This document shows, piece after piece, positions 30,473-40,103 of a stretch of 64,000 nucleotides of DNA; position 1 is the stretch's first letter; the number at the start of each line of letters is the position of its first letter. A program made the position numbers and the translations under genes. Below the pieces are notes generated by a model that saw only the letters and a program-made list of their open reading frames with translations, ran no database searches and was not told where the DNA came from. The stretch lies in IMG/VR virus record IMGVR_UViG_3300037067_015585, positions 32,001-96,000 of that record; one strand, given 5' to 3'. The stretch is from a virus (lineage: Duplodnaviria > Caudoviricetes).

Positions 30473-31027
30473 TTATTGCCAGTCTGCGGGAACAAAATCT
30501 GCCAAGGCTGGGACGTCCATTTTGAGTTTGCCTGCCCCAGCGCTGTCTCCACCTTTAGTCCATAATTGCATCGACACTTTTACGTTGGTAATAACAGGAT
30601 ATGCCACTGCGCCTCCTGCATATATTGCTTTACCATGCGAAATATCGACATTTGTTAGACGACACGTCATCTCCCCTGAACCACCAAGACCCCAAATGCT
30701 AAAAAACACAATAAGACTGCTGGCTTGGTTACCATTGTATGTCCAATAATCACGCAGACCAACAACTTGACTCCTAACCTTCTCTACGTCCCATTCTTTT
30801 CCTGCGCCTACGACGTATGTCCATTCTAATACCCACTTTCTTGCACCTGATGTCTTCCATACAGCTATAGGTTGATCACCAGGTACTTCAGTTTCAATCC
30901 AGCTACCAGTTCTACTATCATTCAGAATTTTCGGTGGAAATTGAAAATTAACAGTAAAACCTCCACCAGTTCTGAATTTGGCTGATGAAGCTAGATCGCT
31001 ATCAAGTGCTGTTAAATTATCTGACAT
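30473..31027 (-). CDS. Tail tube initiator / tube-fold baseplate protein
   Basis: FQFPP.I.D.R...W...PG...W..SG.R pattern; lies between tape measure and gp53-like genes. Confidence 0.55.
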   Translation of the reverse strand: MSDNLTALDSDLASSAKFRTGGGFTVNFQFPPKILNDSRTGSWIETEVPGDQPIAVWKTSGARKWVLEWTYVVGAGKEWDVEKVRSQVVGLRDYWTYNGNQASSLIVFFSIWGLGGSGEMTCRLTNVDISHGKAIYAGGAVAYPVITNVKVSMQLWTKGGDSAGAGKLKMDVPALADFVPADWQ

Positions 31028-31028
31028 A

Positions 31029-34000
31029 TTACGCCCAATTGTTTAATCTTGTGCTAAGTTTCGATGGCGACTCACCCATTTTTGGTAGGTATGTTTGTAG
31101 TAATGTTTTGATTACATCAACATTACTAGTACTACTATCACTGTTAATCTTTTCAACAGTGTCAGCGATCTCTTTCATTAATTCTGCGTTATAAGCGAGC
31201 AATGCCTCTAAATTACTCGCTGATGAACCAGACTTTTCTGTTTTAACTTGTATGGTAGAAATGGTTTCTGCCATAACTTTCTTTTTGTCTGGTTCCTCGA
31301 TGCCAGTAGAAACACCAAGTTTGCTAGATAATAATTCAAGTGCTGCGAATGACGTTTGTAATGTATCGACCTGATTCTTTATTTTGTTTTGCCCAGATTC
31401 AATAGCGGCAGCTACTCTGTTAGTTACATCATTGATAGTCGGAATTACATCTAATAATCCAATAAAAGCAGTTGTCATGTAATCTCGCAGTTGCGACATT
31501 ACAGACACAATTCCAGAAAATCCAGATGTAATACTAGATATTGCCCTATTTGATGTTAATTCCAATGCTCCGAACGCATCGATTAATGAGCTTGTGAACG
31601 ATATTAAAGATGACCCGATAGTTGATATGCTATTAATGTTGAACCTTGATATAGAATCTAATACACGTCCAAACAGCGTCAGCGACTGCCCTGCTATACT
31701 TGTTTTTGCTGGATCGATTTTATTTATTCCAGAAGATAATCCAATCATTTCAATGGAAAGCCTGTTGCCATAACCAGTGATTGCCGCAAGACCAGATATT
31801 TCACTTGTAGCATGACTAAATCTTGCTAATGATTGCCCAACAACATCCATCTTGTTTTGATCTATTTCGCTGACACCGGAAGACAATCCACGCATAGCCT
31901 TGGGAAAATCGACACCCCATCCCATCGACTCCATAAACGATTTTGTGCCAGGACCCAATGTAAGCAAAGCATTACTAAATTTTTGTAATCTACCATCGCT
32001 TAATTGACCAATACCATTTATTGCATCCCAGCTTATAAGAAACATTGCGGCAGTAAGAGCGGCCATGCCCGTACCAAGAGCGACTGCTGATATAGCCATT
32101 TCTGCACCGCCAACGCCTATTGACACAGCAGATTCACGTAGTGCATTACCAAATGTCAATAGTATTCCACTACTTAGTTTGGTCATCGTATCAATTGCTT
32201 CATCACTTATCAAAAACGTTGCGATACTGAGAGCAGCAAAAGCAACACCTAAAGCGATTGCAGATGCTATCATAACGGTAGCGCCTGCACCGATAGCAAC
32301 AGCTGCTACCATTAATTCAACACCAAAAACAGCTAATCCGGCACCTAGGGCTACCATCTCACCAAAATTCGCAGCACCAAGCAACTTGATAAAGCTATCA
32401 ACTGTGTGATCAAAAGCCCATGAAAGCATCAACACTGCAAAGCTGAGAGCTATAGCAGCAATACCAAGTGCTACCATAGCAGCGACACCAGGCCATCCAA
32501 CCATACCGAGCACAAAAGCAGCTGCTGCTATAGCTGCCAATCCAACAGCAATTTTTCCATATGACTCCCAACTAATTTTACCCATTTTTTCAAACGCAAA
32601 TGACATTAACAAAACTCCAGCACCAACAGCAACAGCAGCAACGGCAATAGCTAGCAATTTGCCTGCATCAGTAATCTTCATAAATAGCCGCCACAATCCT
32701 AATCCGATACTAAGCCCAACAAACGCCGCACCAACAGCGACTGCGCCAACAGCTACCACCATAAGTAAAGTACCAAATCCACTCAACACACCCCATAACT
32801 CTTCAAACCAGCTAACAACGGGGCTTACATTCTGACTTACATCTTTTAATGCATCTGATGCTTTGTTGGTCGCAGGTTTAAATCCAGATATCGCATTAAT
32901 AACAAAACTGATGGCGTCAATCAGTGGTACTAACGCATAATCTATAAGCCAATTGATAGCTGGTGCTATTCGGATCATCAAGTTACTAGTTGCTGCTTCT
33001 AATTTAGACCACATTTTAGTAAAGTGATCTGCTATAGATGATGTTGCTTCATTATACAAAAATGCTTTTAAAGTTTCTGGTCCGGCTTTCTTAGCATCTT
33101 CAAATGCTTTATCTCTAAGATCCTTCGACATTTTAGTCGCTAATGCTGTTATATCTGTTGCTGATTTGCCAAGTATATTTAAAGTCTTTCCACTGACATC
33201 CTTAACGCTATTTAACTCCATCAATGCCATATATCCTTGTCTATCAAATCCAAGCTGAGCAGCTTGGGCTTCCATTGCCATCAATCTTCGTTTTTCATTT
33301 GTTATATGTGAATTAGCCTCAGCATATTGTGCTACAACCGATCGTAAGTCAGCTTTTGCTTTATCAGCGGCCGACATCGTATCGTATCCTTCAGTCATCG
33401 CCCTTCCAACCCCTTCGATTCTTGATAACAAATTAGGATCAGAGAAATGTTTTGCCATGCCAGTAGTAAACTGATTGACTTGCTCTGTGCTCCATCCCAT
33501 TTTGTTGCCAAGACCAGTTAGCCCAACAGTATATTCATTCAATTCTCTAGTACCTGTCGCACCGAAAATAAACTTCATTTCTGCTGCAGACTTTGCTTGG
33601 CCGGATAATATCCTGCCCATTTGATCGGCTGATAGGCCAAGCTGACGCATCGATTCAGCATACTTTAGCAATATTGCTTCAGCATCTTTAATGCCCATGC
33701 TCTTCATTGCGCGTTGCCAGTCAGCTAGATCCTTCTGGTTGACGCCCAATATTTTGGAGAATTGAACATTAGTAGCGATCATAGAGCCCAATTGATCGTC
33801 TGTATCACGTATAGAAGCACCCAATATTGCCATTGCTTCCATAGCAGGTCTACGCATTAAGCCATATTTCGCAGTTAAAGTGTTAACCTGGCCTATTATT
33901 TCTTTTTGTTGCCCATAGAGACGATAATTAGCAGTATTAAATTTATTCTCTTCTTCAACAAATCCAGCAAAAGCCGTTTTGATGGCAGTTATGCCAACCA

Positions 34001-34739
34001 ACATATCTGCAAATTTCAAAACAGTATCTGTTACTGTATTCTTAATGCCAGTCCACATAGCAGCAACAGTATTAGCAATGAGGCTATGTTCTTTGCATTT
34101 CGCTGTGGTTTGCGATACTCCTTCGCCAGCATTATGCCACATAGCAGCAACTTGTTCGCCGGTACGGGCTTGCGACGTTCCTTGCTTAACTGATTGGCTA
34201 CCATAGCCATTTATACTTTGCCATATAGATGCTATTCTCTGGCTTGTACCGGCATATATATCAGCATTACTTGCGACTTCAACGCCATTTGCAAGATCAG
34301 ATTTTATAGCATTACTTATTTGTTCTTGTTGCTTGCTTTGCGTTTTTGCTTCAATAGACAACAGTTTTTGCTCTTTTAAAAGCTGCGGCACCCATTTGCG
34401 CATCTTGTCGAAGTCTAGAAACTGTTTTAGACCTGTTTTCGCAGTTTTCGTGTTTAATTTGTCAATCTCATCGTAATGCTTCTGTATTGCGGTTAAATCA
34501 GTCTCAAGCTTAGTAGTAGTTTTCGATATGTCGTCGTTCGATGCTACAATTTTAACGAATTGTTCTTGTATCGTCGATAATGATGTAGTAACTGTATGCG
34601 ATAATGTTGTGCCAATACGTTGTATACCGTTTTGTATGTTGGTGATTGAACTTAGAATACCACCTAAGCTAGAAATAGCCGGATCAGCCTTAAGCTGAAA
34701 TGAAAGATTCAGAGCATAACTATTAATGTCATCTGCCAT
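31029..34739 (-). CDS. Tail tape measure protein
   Basis: 1236 aa, Ala/Gly-rich helical with hydrophobic repeats; typical position. Confidence 0.8.
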   Translation of the reverse strand: MADDINSYALNLSFQLKADPAISSLGGILSSITNIQNGIQRIGTTLSHTVTTSLSTIQEQFVKIVASNDDISKTTTKLETDLTAIQKHYDEIDKLNTKTAKTGLKQFLDFDKMRKWVPQLLKEQKLLSIEAKTQSKQQEQISNAIKSDLANGVEVASNADIYAGTSQRIASIWQSINGYGSQSVKQGTSQARTGEQVAAMWHNAGEGVSQTTAKCKEHSLIANTVAAMWTGIKNTVTDTVLKFADMLVGITAIKTAFAGFVEEENKFNTANYRLYGQQKEIIGQVNTLTAKYGLMRRPAMEAMAILGASIRDTDDQLGSMIATNVQFSKILGVNQKDLADWQRAMKSMGIKDAEAILLKYAESMRQLGLSADQMGRILSGQAKSAAEMKFIFGATGTRELNEYTVGLTGLGNKMGWSTEQVNQFTTGMAKHFSDPNLLSRIEGVGRAMTEGYDTMSAADKAKADLRSVVAQYAEANSHITNEKRRLMAMEAQAAQLGFDRQGYMALMELNSVKDVSGKTLNILGKSATDITALATKMSKDLRDKAFEDAKKAGPETLKAFLYNEATSSIADHFTKMWSKLEAATSNLMIRIAPAINWLIDYALVPLIDAISFVINAISGFKPATNKASDALKDVSQNVSPVVSWFEELWGVLSGFGTLLMVVAVGAVAVGAAFVGLSIGLGLWRLFMKITDAGKLLAIAVAAVAVGAGVLLMSFAFEKMGKISWESYGKIAVGLAAIAAAAFVLGMVGWPGVAAMVALGIAAIALSFAVLMLSWAFDHTVDSFIKLLGAANFGEMVALGAGLAVFGVELMVAAVAIGAGATVMIASAIALGVAFAALSIATFLISDEAIDTMTKLSSGILLTFGNALRESAVSIGVGGAEMAISAVALGTGMAALTAAMFLISWDAINGIGQLSDGRLQKFSNALLTLGPGTKSFMESMGWGVDFPKAMRGLSSGVSEIDQNKMDVVGQSLARFSHATSEISGLAAITGYGNRLSIEMIGLSSGINKIDPAKTSIAGQSLTLFGRVLDSISRFNINSISTIGSSLISFTSSLIDAFGALELTSNRAISSITSGFSGIVSVMSQLRDYMTTAFIGLLDVIPTINDVTNRVAAAIESGQNKIKNQVDTLQTSFAALELLSSKLGVSTGIEEPDKKKVMAETISTIQVKTEKSGSSASNLEALLAYNAELMKEIADTVEKINSDSSTSNVDVIKTLLQTYLPKMGESPSKLSTRLNNWA

Positions 34740-36085
34740 TATGTTCCCTTGCCAACAGCCTTCGCCTCTGCGTCTTTGTCAAGTCTATAACAATATAGGT
34801 CAGTAGTCCATATACCTGGATGATAAATGTGGCTAAATCCGTAGACGATCCAATTTCCTGCCATGAAGTATGGTGCTCCATCGTCTGTTGCCGTTAAAGT
34901 TATATTTATAGTGTCCGCACCAAGACCCTCAGATCCTGACCATATATGATGCCCAAAAACACGAAATCGCATACGCATCAAAGTAGGACTTGATGATAGA
35001 TATGCTCCACGCGCCCTACCATCAATATAATCGCCATATTTCAAACCCATGTCGCCACCAGAAAGTTCTGGTATCGATGAGATCGTTGTCCAACCAGCGA
35101 CATCTAATGTAGGATCAGCTTCATCGCTAGGCTTCAAAAATGATTTTAATAATTCACCACCACCTTCAACATCTGGTTTAAATTTCTTGCTAGTCCGTTT
35201 GTCACCAACATATACAGTGCTTTTATCTTGTTTGTAAGTCGACTGATCAAAATATGCACCAGATATAGATGACATCCCACTAGTCACCATCTGCTGATTC
35301 AACATCTGTAAAGCATTATCACCTATAAACTCCCACTCTAATATGTCGCCGACTCTCTTATCACCAGTTCCACCATAACCTCTCCATTCATATGTAGCTC
35401 TCTGTTTAGATTCTACTTCTGCCTGCTCTTTGATCATTAAAATATCATCATCTGGATACAACATCCATCGCGTCTGTTTTTCTGATAAGCTAGTAGACCA
35501 ATCAAGAATAGATAAAATAAATGTTTTGGGATCCATCCTCAATTGCCACCATCTATTTTGTTTATTATCACTCGTTTTAGTGTCGAATTGTAAGGTACAC
35601 CTATCTTCTTTATTATATTGTTGAAAAACTTGCTGTATAACGGAATTTACATTTCCCTTATAACTCTTGCCACTTGCATCACCTGCGGCGAGATAATATG
35701 AAGGATAATCGATAGCCAGTAATTCTATCTCACTTGAATTTGTGGCTCCAGATGGTGCCATTGTAACTACAATGTGGTTTTGTGTTACAAGTCTTAAGTC
35801 GCTATTCCAACGAATCCAGCTTTCCAGAAGTACTGGTCCCATCGATGAATCACGACCGTATTGAAAATAATCGTTATTAACAAAATTTTTGTACATAGTG
35901 AAGTGAGGATCAGTAAATTTGGCCCTGACCTGTTCTCCACCATTTAACATCGCTGTGAATTCGTATTCGATACAGTTTCCACCTGAATCAGGCATCGAGC
36001 CACCGCCAGCGTCAACTTTAAAGACAACTGATGGAGATGCACTTATCTGTGCCATGTCACTTTCTACAAGACGTTTATCAGACAC
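34739..36085 (-). CDS. Baseplate hub protein, gp27/late-control-D-like
   Basis: SYKG.V..VI motif and C-terminal AGNWIVYGFSH...G.WTT.L. Confidence 0.6.
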   Translation of the reverse strand: MSDKRLVESDMAQISASPSVVFKVDAGGGSMPDSGGNCIEYEFTAMLNGGEQVRAKFTDPHFTMYKNFVNNDYFQYGRDSSMGPVLLESWIRWNSDLRLVTQNHIVVTMAPSGATNSSEIELLAIDYPSYYLAAGDASGKSYKGNVNSVIQQVFQQYNKEDRCTLQFDTKTSDNKQNRWWQLRMDPKTFILSILDWSTSLSEKQTRWMLYPDDDILMIKEQAEVESKQRATYEWRGYGGTGDKRVGDILEWEFIGDNALQMLNQQMVTSGMSSISGAYFDQSTYKQDKSTVYVGDKRTSKKFKPDVEGGGELLKSFLKPSDEADPTLDVAGWTTISSIPELSGGDMGLKYGDYIDGRARGAYLSSSPTLMRMRFRVFGHHIWSGSEGLGADTINITLTATDDGAPYFMAGNWIVYGFSHIYHPGIWTTDLYCYRLDKDAEAKAVGKGT

Positions 36086-36355
36086 ATGAAACTCCTCTTT
36101 ATCAATTTTGACCCCGCCAAAAAACCAGCATTATTCCTCCTATTAGATGATGATGGCAAGCGATTGGTATTATTCAAACACGCTATGATGGATAAGTCAG
36201 AAATTCCGATGATAAGAGCGGCCTTTCCGTTATTATCAAGAATGACAGTTCAAGAGAAAATGAAATGGTTTAGAAAACTACATTCCTGGAAAACAGCATA
36301 TAGACAGTTTACAAAGGCCAAGGTCACCATCCTCTCGGAGTATACTCCAAAGTAA
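36086..36355 (+). CDS. Hypothetical protein
   Basis: 89-aa ORF, divergent and abutting the hub gene start. Confidence 0.5.
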   Translation: MKLLFINFDPAKKPALFLLLDDDGKRLVLFKHAMMDKSEIPMIRAAFPLLSRMTVQEKMKWFRKLHSWKTAYRQFTKAKVTILSEYTPK

Positions 36356-36422
36356 CGTACTATATTTACCAGTTTATTAAGATGAACCTCCTATGGTGCT
36401 ATAAATTGTGTAGGAGAGCATC

Positions 36423-36782
36423 ATGGGATATGAAGAACTCAGAAAGAAATATCAAGAGCACATATCGACCGTCATCAGGCTTAAAAAACTCAATGGTAGG
36501 GCCAAATCTGGCGAGTTGTTGCCTGATAGGTTGTTATTGTGTAATAAAGAGATAGCACGATTAGGGGCAGAAACAAAACAAGGTGACGCCTTCTTCACTC
36601 ACCTTGAAGAAATAAACGATCCGAATTGGCGTAAAATCACCAGAGAACTTAATACCACATTAGAGGGGTACGTACATCCAGATGCAAAGGTTGATGTACT
36701 ACACGGGATCATGAAAGGCATTGGCATCATATCGACACTGATTATTGGTACTTGGGCGATTGATAGCTGGCGAAAGAAATAG
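36423..36782 (+). CDS. Hypothetical protein with C-terminal TM
   Basis: AGGAG RBS; hydrophobic C-terminus. Confidence 0.65.
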   Translation: MGYEELRKKYQEHISTVIRLKKLNGRAKSGELLPDRLLLCNKEIARLGAETKQGDAFFTHLEEINDPNWRKITRELNTTLEGYVHPDAKVDVLHGIMKGIGIISTLIIGTWAIDSWRKK

Positions 36783-36792
36783 GAGATTTGTC

Positions 36793-36954
36793 GTGAATCT
36801 GACAAGCGAAGAGATTAGTGTGATTTTGTTGGCTTTGCAAGATAAATATGGCTTTGGTTATACTAGTGACGCCAAAGAAGGTAATGTGAAGATCGGCCAA
36901 CTTAAGGCCAAATTATCTGTAATGGCCGAAGTAGCTGCTAAGGCTGGACGCTAA
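36793..36954 (+). CDS. Small hypothetical protein
   Basis: AGGAG RBS before GTG 36793. Confidence 0.5.
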   Translation: MNLTSEEISVILLALQDKYGFGYTSDAKEGNVKIGQLKAKLSVMAEVAAKAGR

Positions 36955-38035
36955 GTAGTTTAGCTGCTGGAGCAATCTTTAATTGCTTCATTCTGTTTTC
37001 TAGATATAGCTTCTGCTGCATATTAAGCGGCTTCACACTAATCTCAAAAGTCTTTTTTATTTCGGCTGTACTGGCTACCTTAACCAGATCATTCCAATCC
37101 TTGCTGAATGAACCATCTGGCAATTTAACTATAGGTGGCAATGCATAAAATATCTTATAACCCAATGGCTTAATCAATGCTGCATTATGCAATATGCTCT
37201 CGATTCCAGCCTTGTCATTATCTGGTGTAAGAATAATTCCGTCTCTCGGACCAAGCAACTTTAATTTCTGTACTTGCGTATGTGTCATCGACGCCCCACC
37301 TGTCGCCAAACACTGATCCTCTAGTGTCAAGCACACAAAAATGGATTCTGTTATTGCAACATAACTCGCTGGCTCGACTTGATCGAACCCATAAAAGAAT
37401 TCACCCTTGGTAACACCAACATTTTCTGGCGGAAATCTGAATACTTTATTGAGACGAGATCTGCACTGCCAATAAACTGGTTCAGGATCATATTCATAAT
37501 ATGGCCAGACAACATCTAGGCCACTGTGCATTATGTTGTATTTCTTTATTTTTCTATCATCGACGCCCCTGCTATTAAGCCAAGATACTAAACCAGCAAT
37601 TAATTTGGGTTGAGATTGTCCAAACTTCGCTGTGCCATCTGGGAGTGCGAGAGATACTGTTTCTTTTGTTTCTGGTAACAAACGTGTTCTTTGCCATTTG
37701 AATAGAGCACGTGCACCAGAAGACGCTCCAAGAACGTCCTGGATAGCCTCAGTGAATGAACAACTACCACGTTTTTGTGTTAGATATAGTTGAACAAATC
37801 GAATGAATGTTCTATATTGTAGTTTACCAGTATTGGGATTATATCCAACCCATGACGAGTCACCTCGCCAATCATGCGCATATCCTTTTATACAAGAAAT
37901 ATTAAAATGGTATCCCGTATCATCATTAAAAGGATTACATATTCTTAATTCATCGCCATTCTTCCGTGGTTTACAGTCAGGGAAATTTCTATAAACCCAA
38001 GCTGCTATTTTTTCTGGTGGTATCGGTATGTTCAT
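36938..38035 (-). CDS. DNA primase (TOPRIM), gp61/DnaG-like
   Basis: WLNSRGV, FFYGFD, ITES, TPDNDKAG, KDWND. Confidence 0.8.
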   Translation of the reverse strand: MNIPIPPEKIAAWVYRNFPDCKPRKNGDELRICNPFNDDTGYHFNISCIKGYAHDWRGDSSWVGYNPNTGKLQYRTFIRFVQLYLTQKRGSCSFTEAIQDVLGASSGARALFKWQRTRLLPETKETVSLALPDGTAKFGQSQPKLIAGLVSWLNSRGVDDRKIKKYNIMHSGLDVVWPYYEYDPEPVYWQCRSRLNKVFRFPPENVGVTKGEFFYGFDQVEPASYVAITESIFVCLTLEDQCLATGGASMTHTQVQKLKLLGPRDGIILTPDNDKAGIESILHNAALIKPLGYKIFYALPPIVKLPDGSFSKDWNDLVKVASTAEIKKTFEISVKPLNMQQKLYLENRMKQLKIAPAAKLLSVQP

Positions 38036-38054
38036 GTGCTATGAAATACTGCAT

Positions 38055-40103
38055 TTAAAATGCACAAACTAACTTGATCTCGGCTATGCTAGTAATAGAT
38101 CCACCATCGATATTAGCTGATATACTTAACCTGTAGTATCTATAACTCGTGTGATTTCCGAATGTAAAATATGGAGTCCAAGCATAATTCCCAGGAGCAG
38201 CTATATTACTTCTAAAATCTAATGGTACAAAATTAGAATTATCGTTAGAACCATATAATGCGAAATCTTTCGGGAAGCCGGTATAGGTAGCTTCTTGTAA
38301 TGCGTATCTCATTACAACGGCACCATAAGGACCAAAATCGTATTGTATCCAATGTGAAGATCCTGAACCGCTTACCCACGCAGCATTAGTTTGGTCGAAT
38401 GCTCTCCACGCTGGTCCGATAACGGTGGTTAAGCTGCATCCAATTCTATCAAGCATATTGTTGCCCATGTTTTGGGCATTTGCACATATAAACTGTGATC
38501 CGTTCCAATAACTTAAGTAATTGTCGCCAGGAGACGAATAATGCTCCATTGATGTCGATCCAGGCACAACTGTCGCACCAGCACCGAGTGCTATTTGCGC
38601 CACTATATTCATAGTTAGACTATCATAGTTCATCTCACCATCAGAAGGATTGCCGTCGTTTCCAATGATAGAAGAAGCACCAGGCAAGCCAGAATTCTTA
38701 CACAAAGCAAGAATTTCACCAGCGTGAGCAAAATACCTTGTTGAAGTTGTTGTCGATTCGCTATCTGCTGTAACTGCATAAGGCGATGGTGTAGTGTAAG
38801 ATGTCATTGCAGCTGTGCATGTTACAGTCGGCATCGGAGACATTGAAGGTGATTGTGATATTGCTTGCGATGGCGATAATGAAAAATGTGGCGACAGTGA
38901 TGGCGAACGCGATGGCGATGGCGACAATGATGGTGAGCGCGATGGCGATGGCGACAATGATCGCGACAACGACGGAGATAACGATATTGATGGTGATAAT
39001 GATATTGATGGCGATAGTGACGGCGATAGCGATGGCGACATTGATACCGATGGAGATATTGATACCGACGTCGATGGATAAGGTTCAGGAATAACAACAG
39101 GTGGCTCAGGTGATGGATATACCTTGCAATCTTCTATGAATTCTCCAAAATAAGTCAACTCTCTTGGGCATGTTGCAATAGCACTAAACCACATCTGTGC
39201 CACTACTGTATCTGTGTCATCGACGCCTTTAATTAGCCACAACCGCTGTGTCCCCCTTGGGTGGCCGCTAACATCAACAGATCCAGATGGTGAGAATCTA
39301 CCATAATAAACACCATTGCAGCCTGAGCAGCAGAGATCTCTACAATACAATTCAGTAGCAACGATACTAGATGAATCACTTAGCCACTCTAGGGTATATG
39401 GAACATCAGATCTAACAAACGGCGTTTTGTATCCAGAAGCACGCAAATACTGATAGCCAGGATTTGCTAAAGTAACAGTCAGCTTCTCAATATAAGTTGG
39501 TACAAATGGGTTATTATTGCCAAATTGTACATCTTGTGTGAGATACTCGCCCAGTGTGATAGTTGTCCCTGACGACCCAAGGACAAGACCACCACTCCAT
39601 ATGTCTCCATTTATCGGTATGTTGTTTCCAGAATATGTTAATGTGTGTGTATACCAAACAGCATACTGTGTAGTGAAAATCGTGTGATCTAGATCAACAT
39701 TAAACGGTTGTGAAATCCATTGATTAGTTTCAAGATTTGTGACAGTGATTGGATATGTAGTGGCAGCACTACTTAAAAAAGCACTATAATGATCAATATT
39801 TGGCCATCTACAAATGCGTAATAATGCCAACACAGAATTCAACGTATCTGCGTCATAAGCTACCGATATGTTATCCTGATTTAGTGATTGCTGTTCTCTC
39901 GCTATCCTTGACACTACGCCTTGTTTATCAGTGGTTAATAGACCGCCTACTGTAACATTACCCCACATGTTGATAAACGGTGTACCTGGAATCAATCCGG
40001 CATTCACAAAGCCAGTTAACATATATCTATTATCGAATGATATAGTATACTGTTTTATTGGAGTCGTTGTATTCGATGGTGAATTTGATGCCACAAATGC
40101 CAT
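38055..40103 (-). CDS. Putative fibre/adhesin: Ser-Pro linker plus discoidin (F5/8C-like) domain carrying one A+B insert
   Basis: AWRAFD...W...WIQYDFG...FPKDF.L.GSND...YRYYRL...EI discoidin signature; TAATG-coupled to the upstream gene. Confidence 0.75.
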   Translation of the reverse strand: MAFVASNSPSNTTTPIKQYTISFDNRYMLTGFVNAGLIPGTPFINMWGNVTVGGLLTTDKQGVVSRIAREQQSLNQDNISVAYDADTLNSVLALLRICRWPNIDHYSAFLSSAATTYPITVTNLETNQWISQPFNVDLDHTIFTTQYAVWYTHTLTYSGNNIPINGDIWSGGLVLGSSGTTITLGEYLTQDVQFGNNNPFVPTYIEKLTVTLANPGYQYLRASGYKTPFVRSDVPYTLEWLSDSSSIVATELYCRDLCCSGCNGVYYGRFSPSGSVDVSGHPRGTQRLWLIKGVDDTDTVVAQMWFSAIATCPRELTYFGEFIEDCKVYPSPEPPVVIPEPYPSTSVSISPSVSMSPSLSPSLSPSISLSPSISLSPSLSRSLSPSPSRSPSLSPSPSRSPSLSPHFSLSPSQAISQSPSMSPMPTVTCTAAMTSYTTPSPYAVTADSESTTTSTRYFAHAGEILALCKNSGLPGASSIIGNDGNPSDGEMNYDSLTMNIVAQIALGAGATVVPGSTSMEHYSSPGDNYLSYWNGSQFICANAQNMGNNMLDRIGCSLTTVIGPAWRAFDQTNAAWVSGSGSSHWIQYDFGPYGAVVMRYALQEATYTGFPKDFALYGSNDNSNFVPLDFRSNIAAPGNYAWTPYFTFGNHTSYRYYRLSISANIDGGSITSIAEIKLVCAF
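38852..39072 (-). repeat. Low-complexity (Ser-Pro-Ser-X)n coding repeat
   Basis: SPSVSMSPSLSPSLSPSISLSPS... encoded by GATGGCGA-type repeats on the plus strand. Confidence 0.9.

Noticed and set aside
38801-39097. Asp-Gly-rich and His/Arg-rich ORFs in other frames
   Set aside because: Alternative readings of the Ser-Pro repeat.
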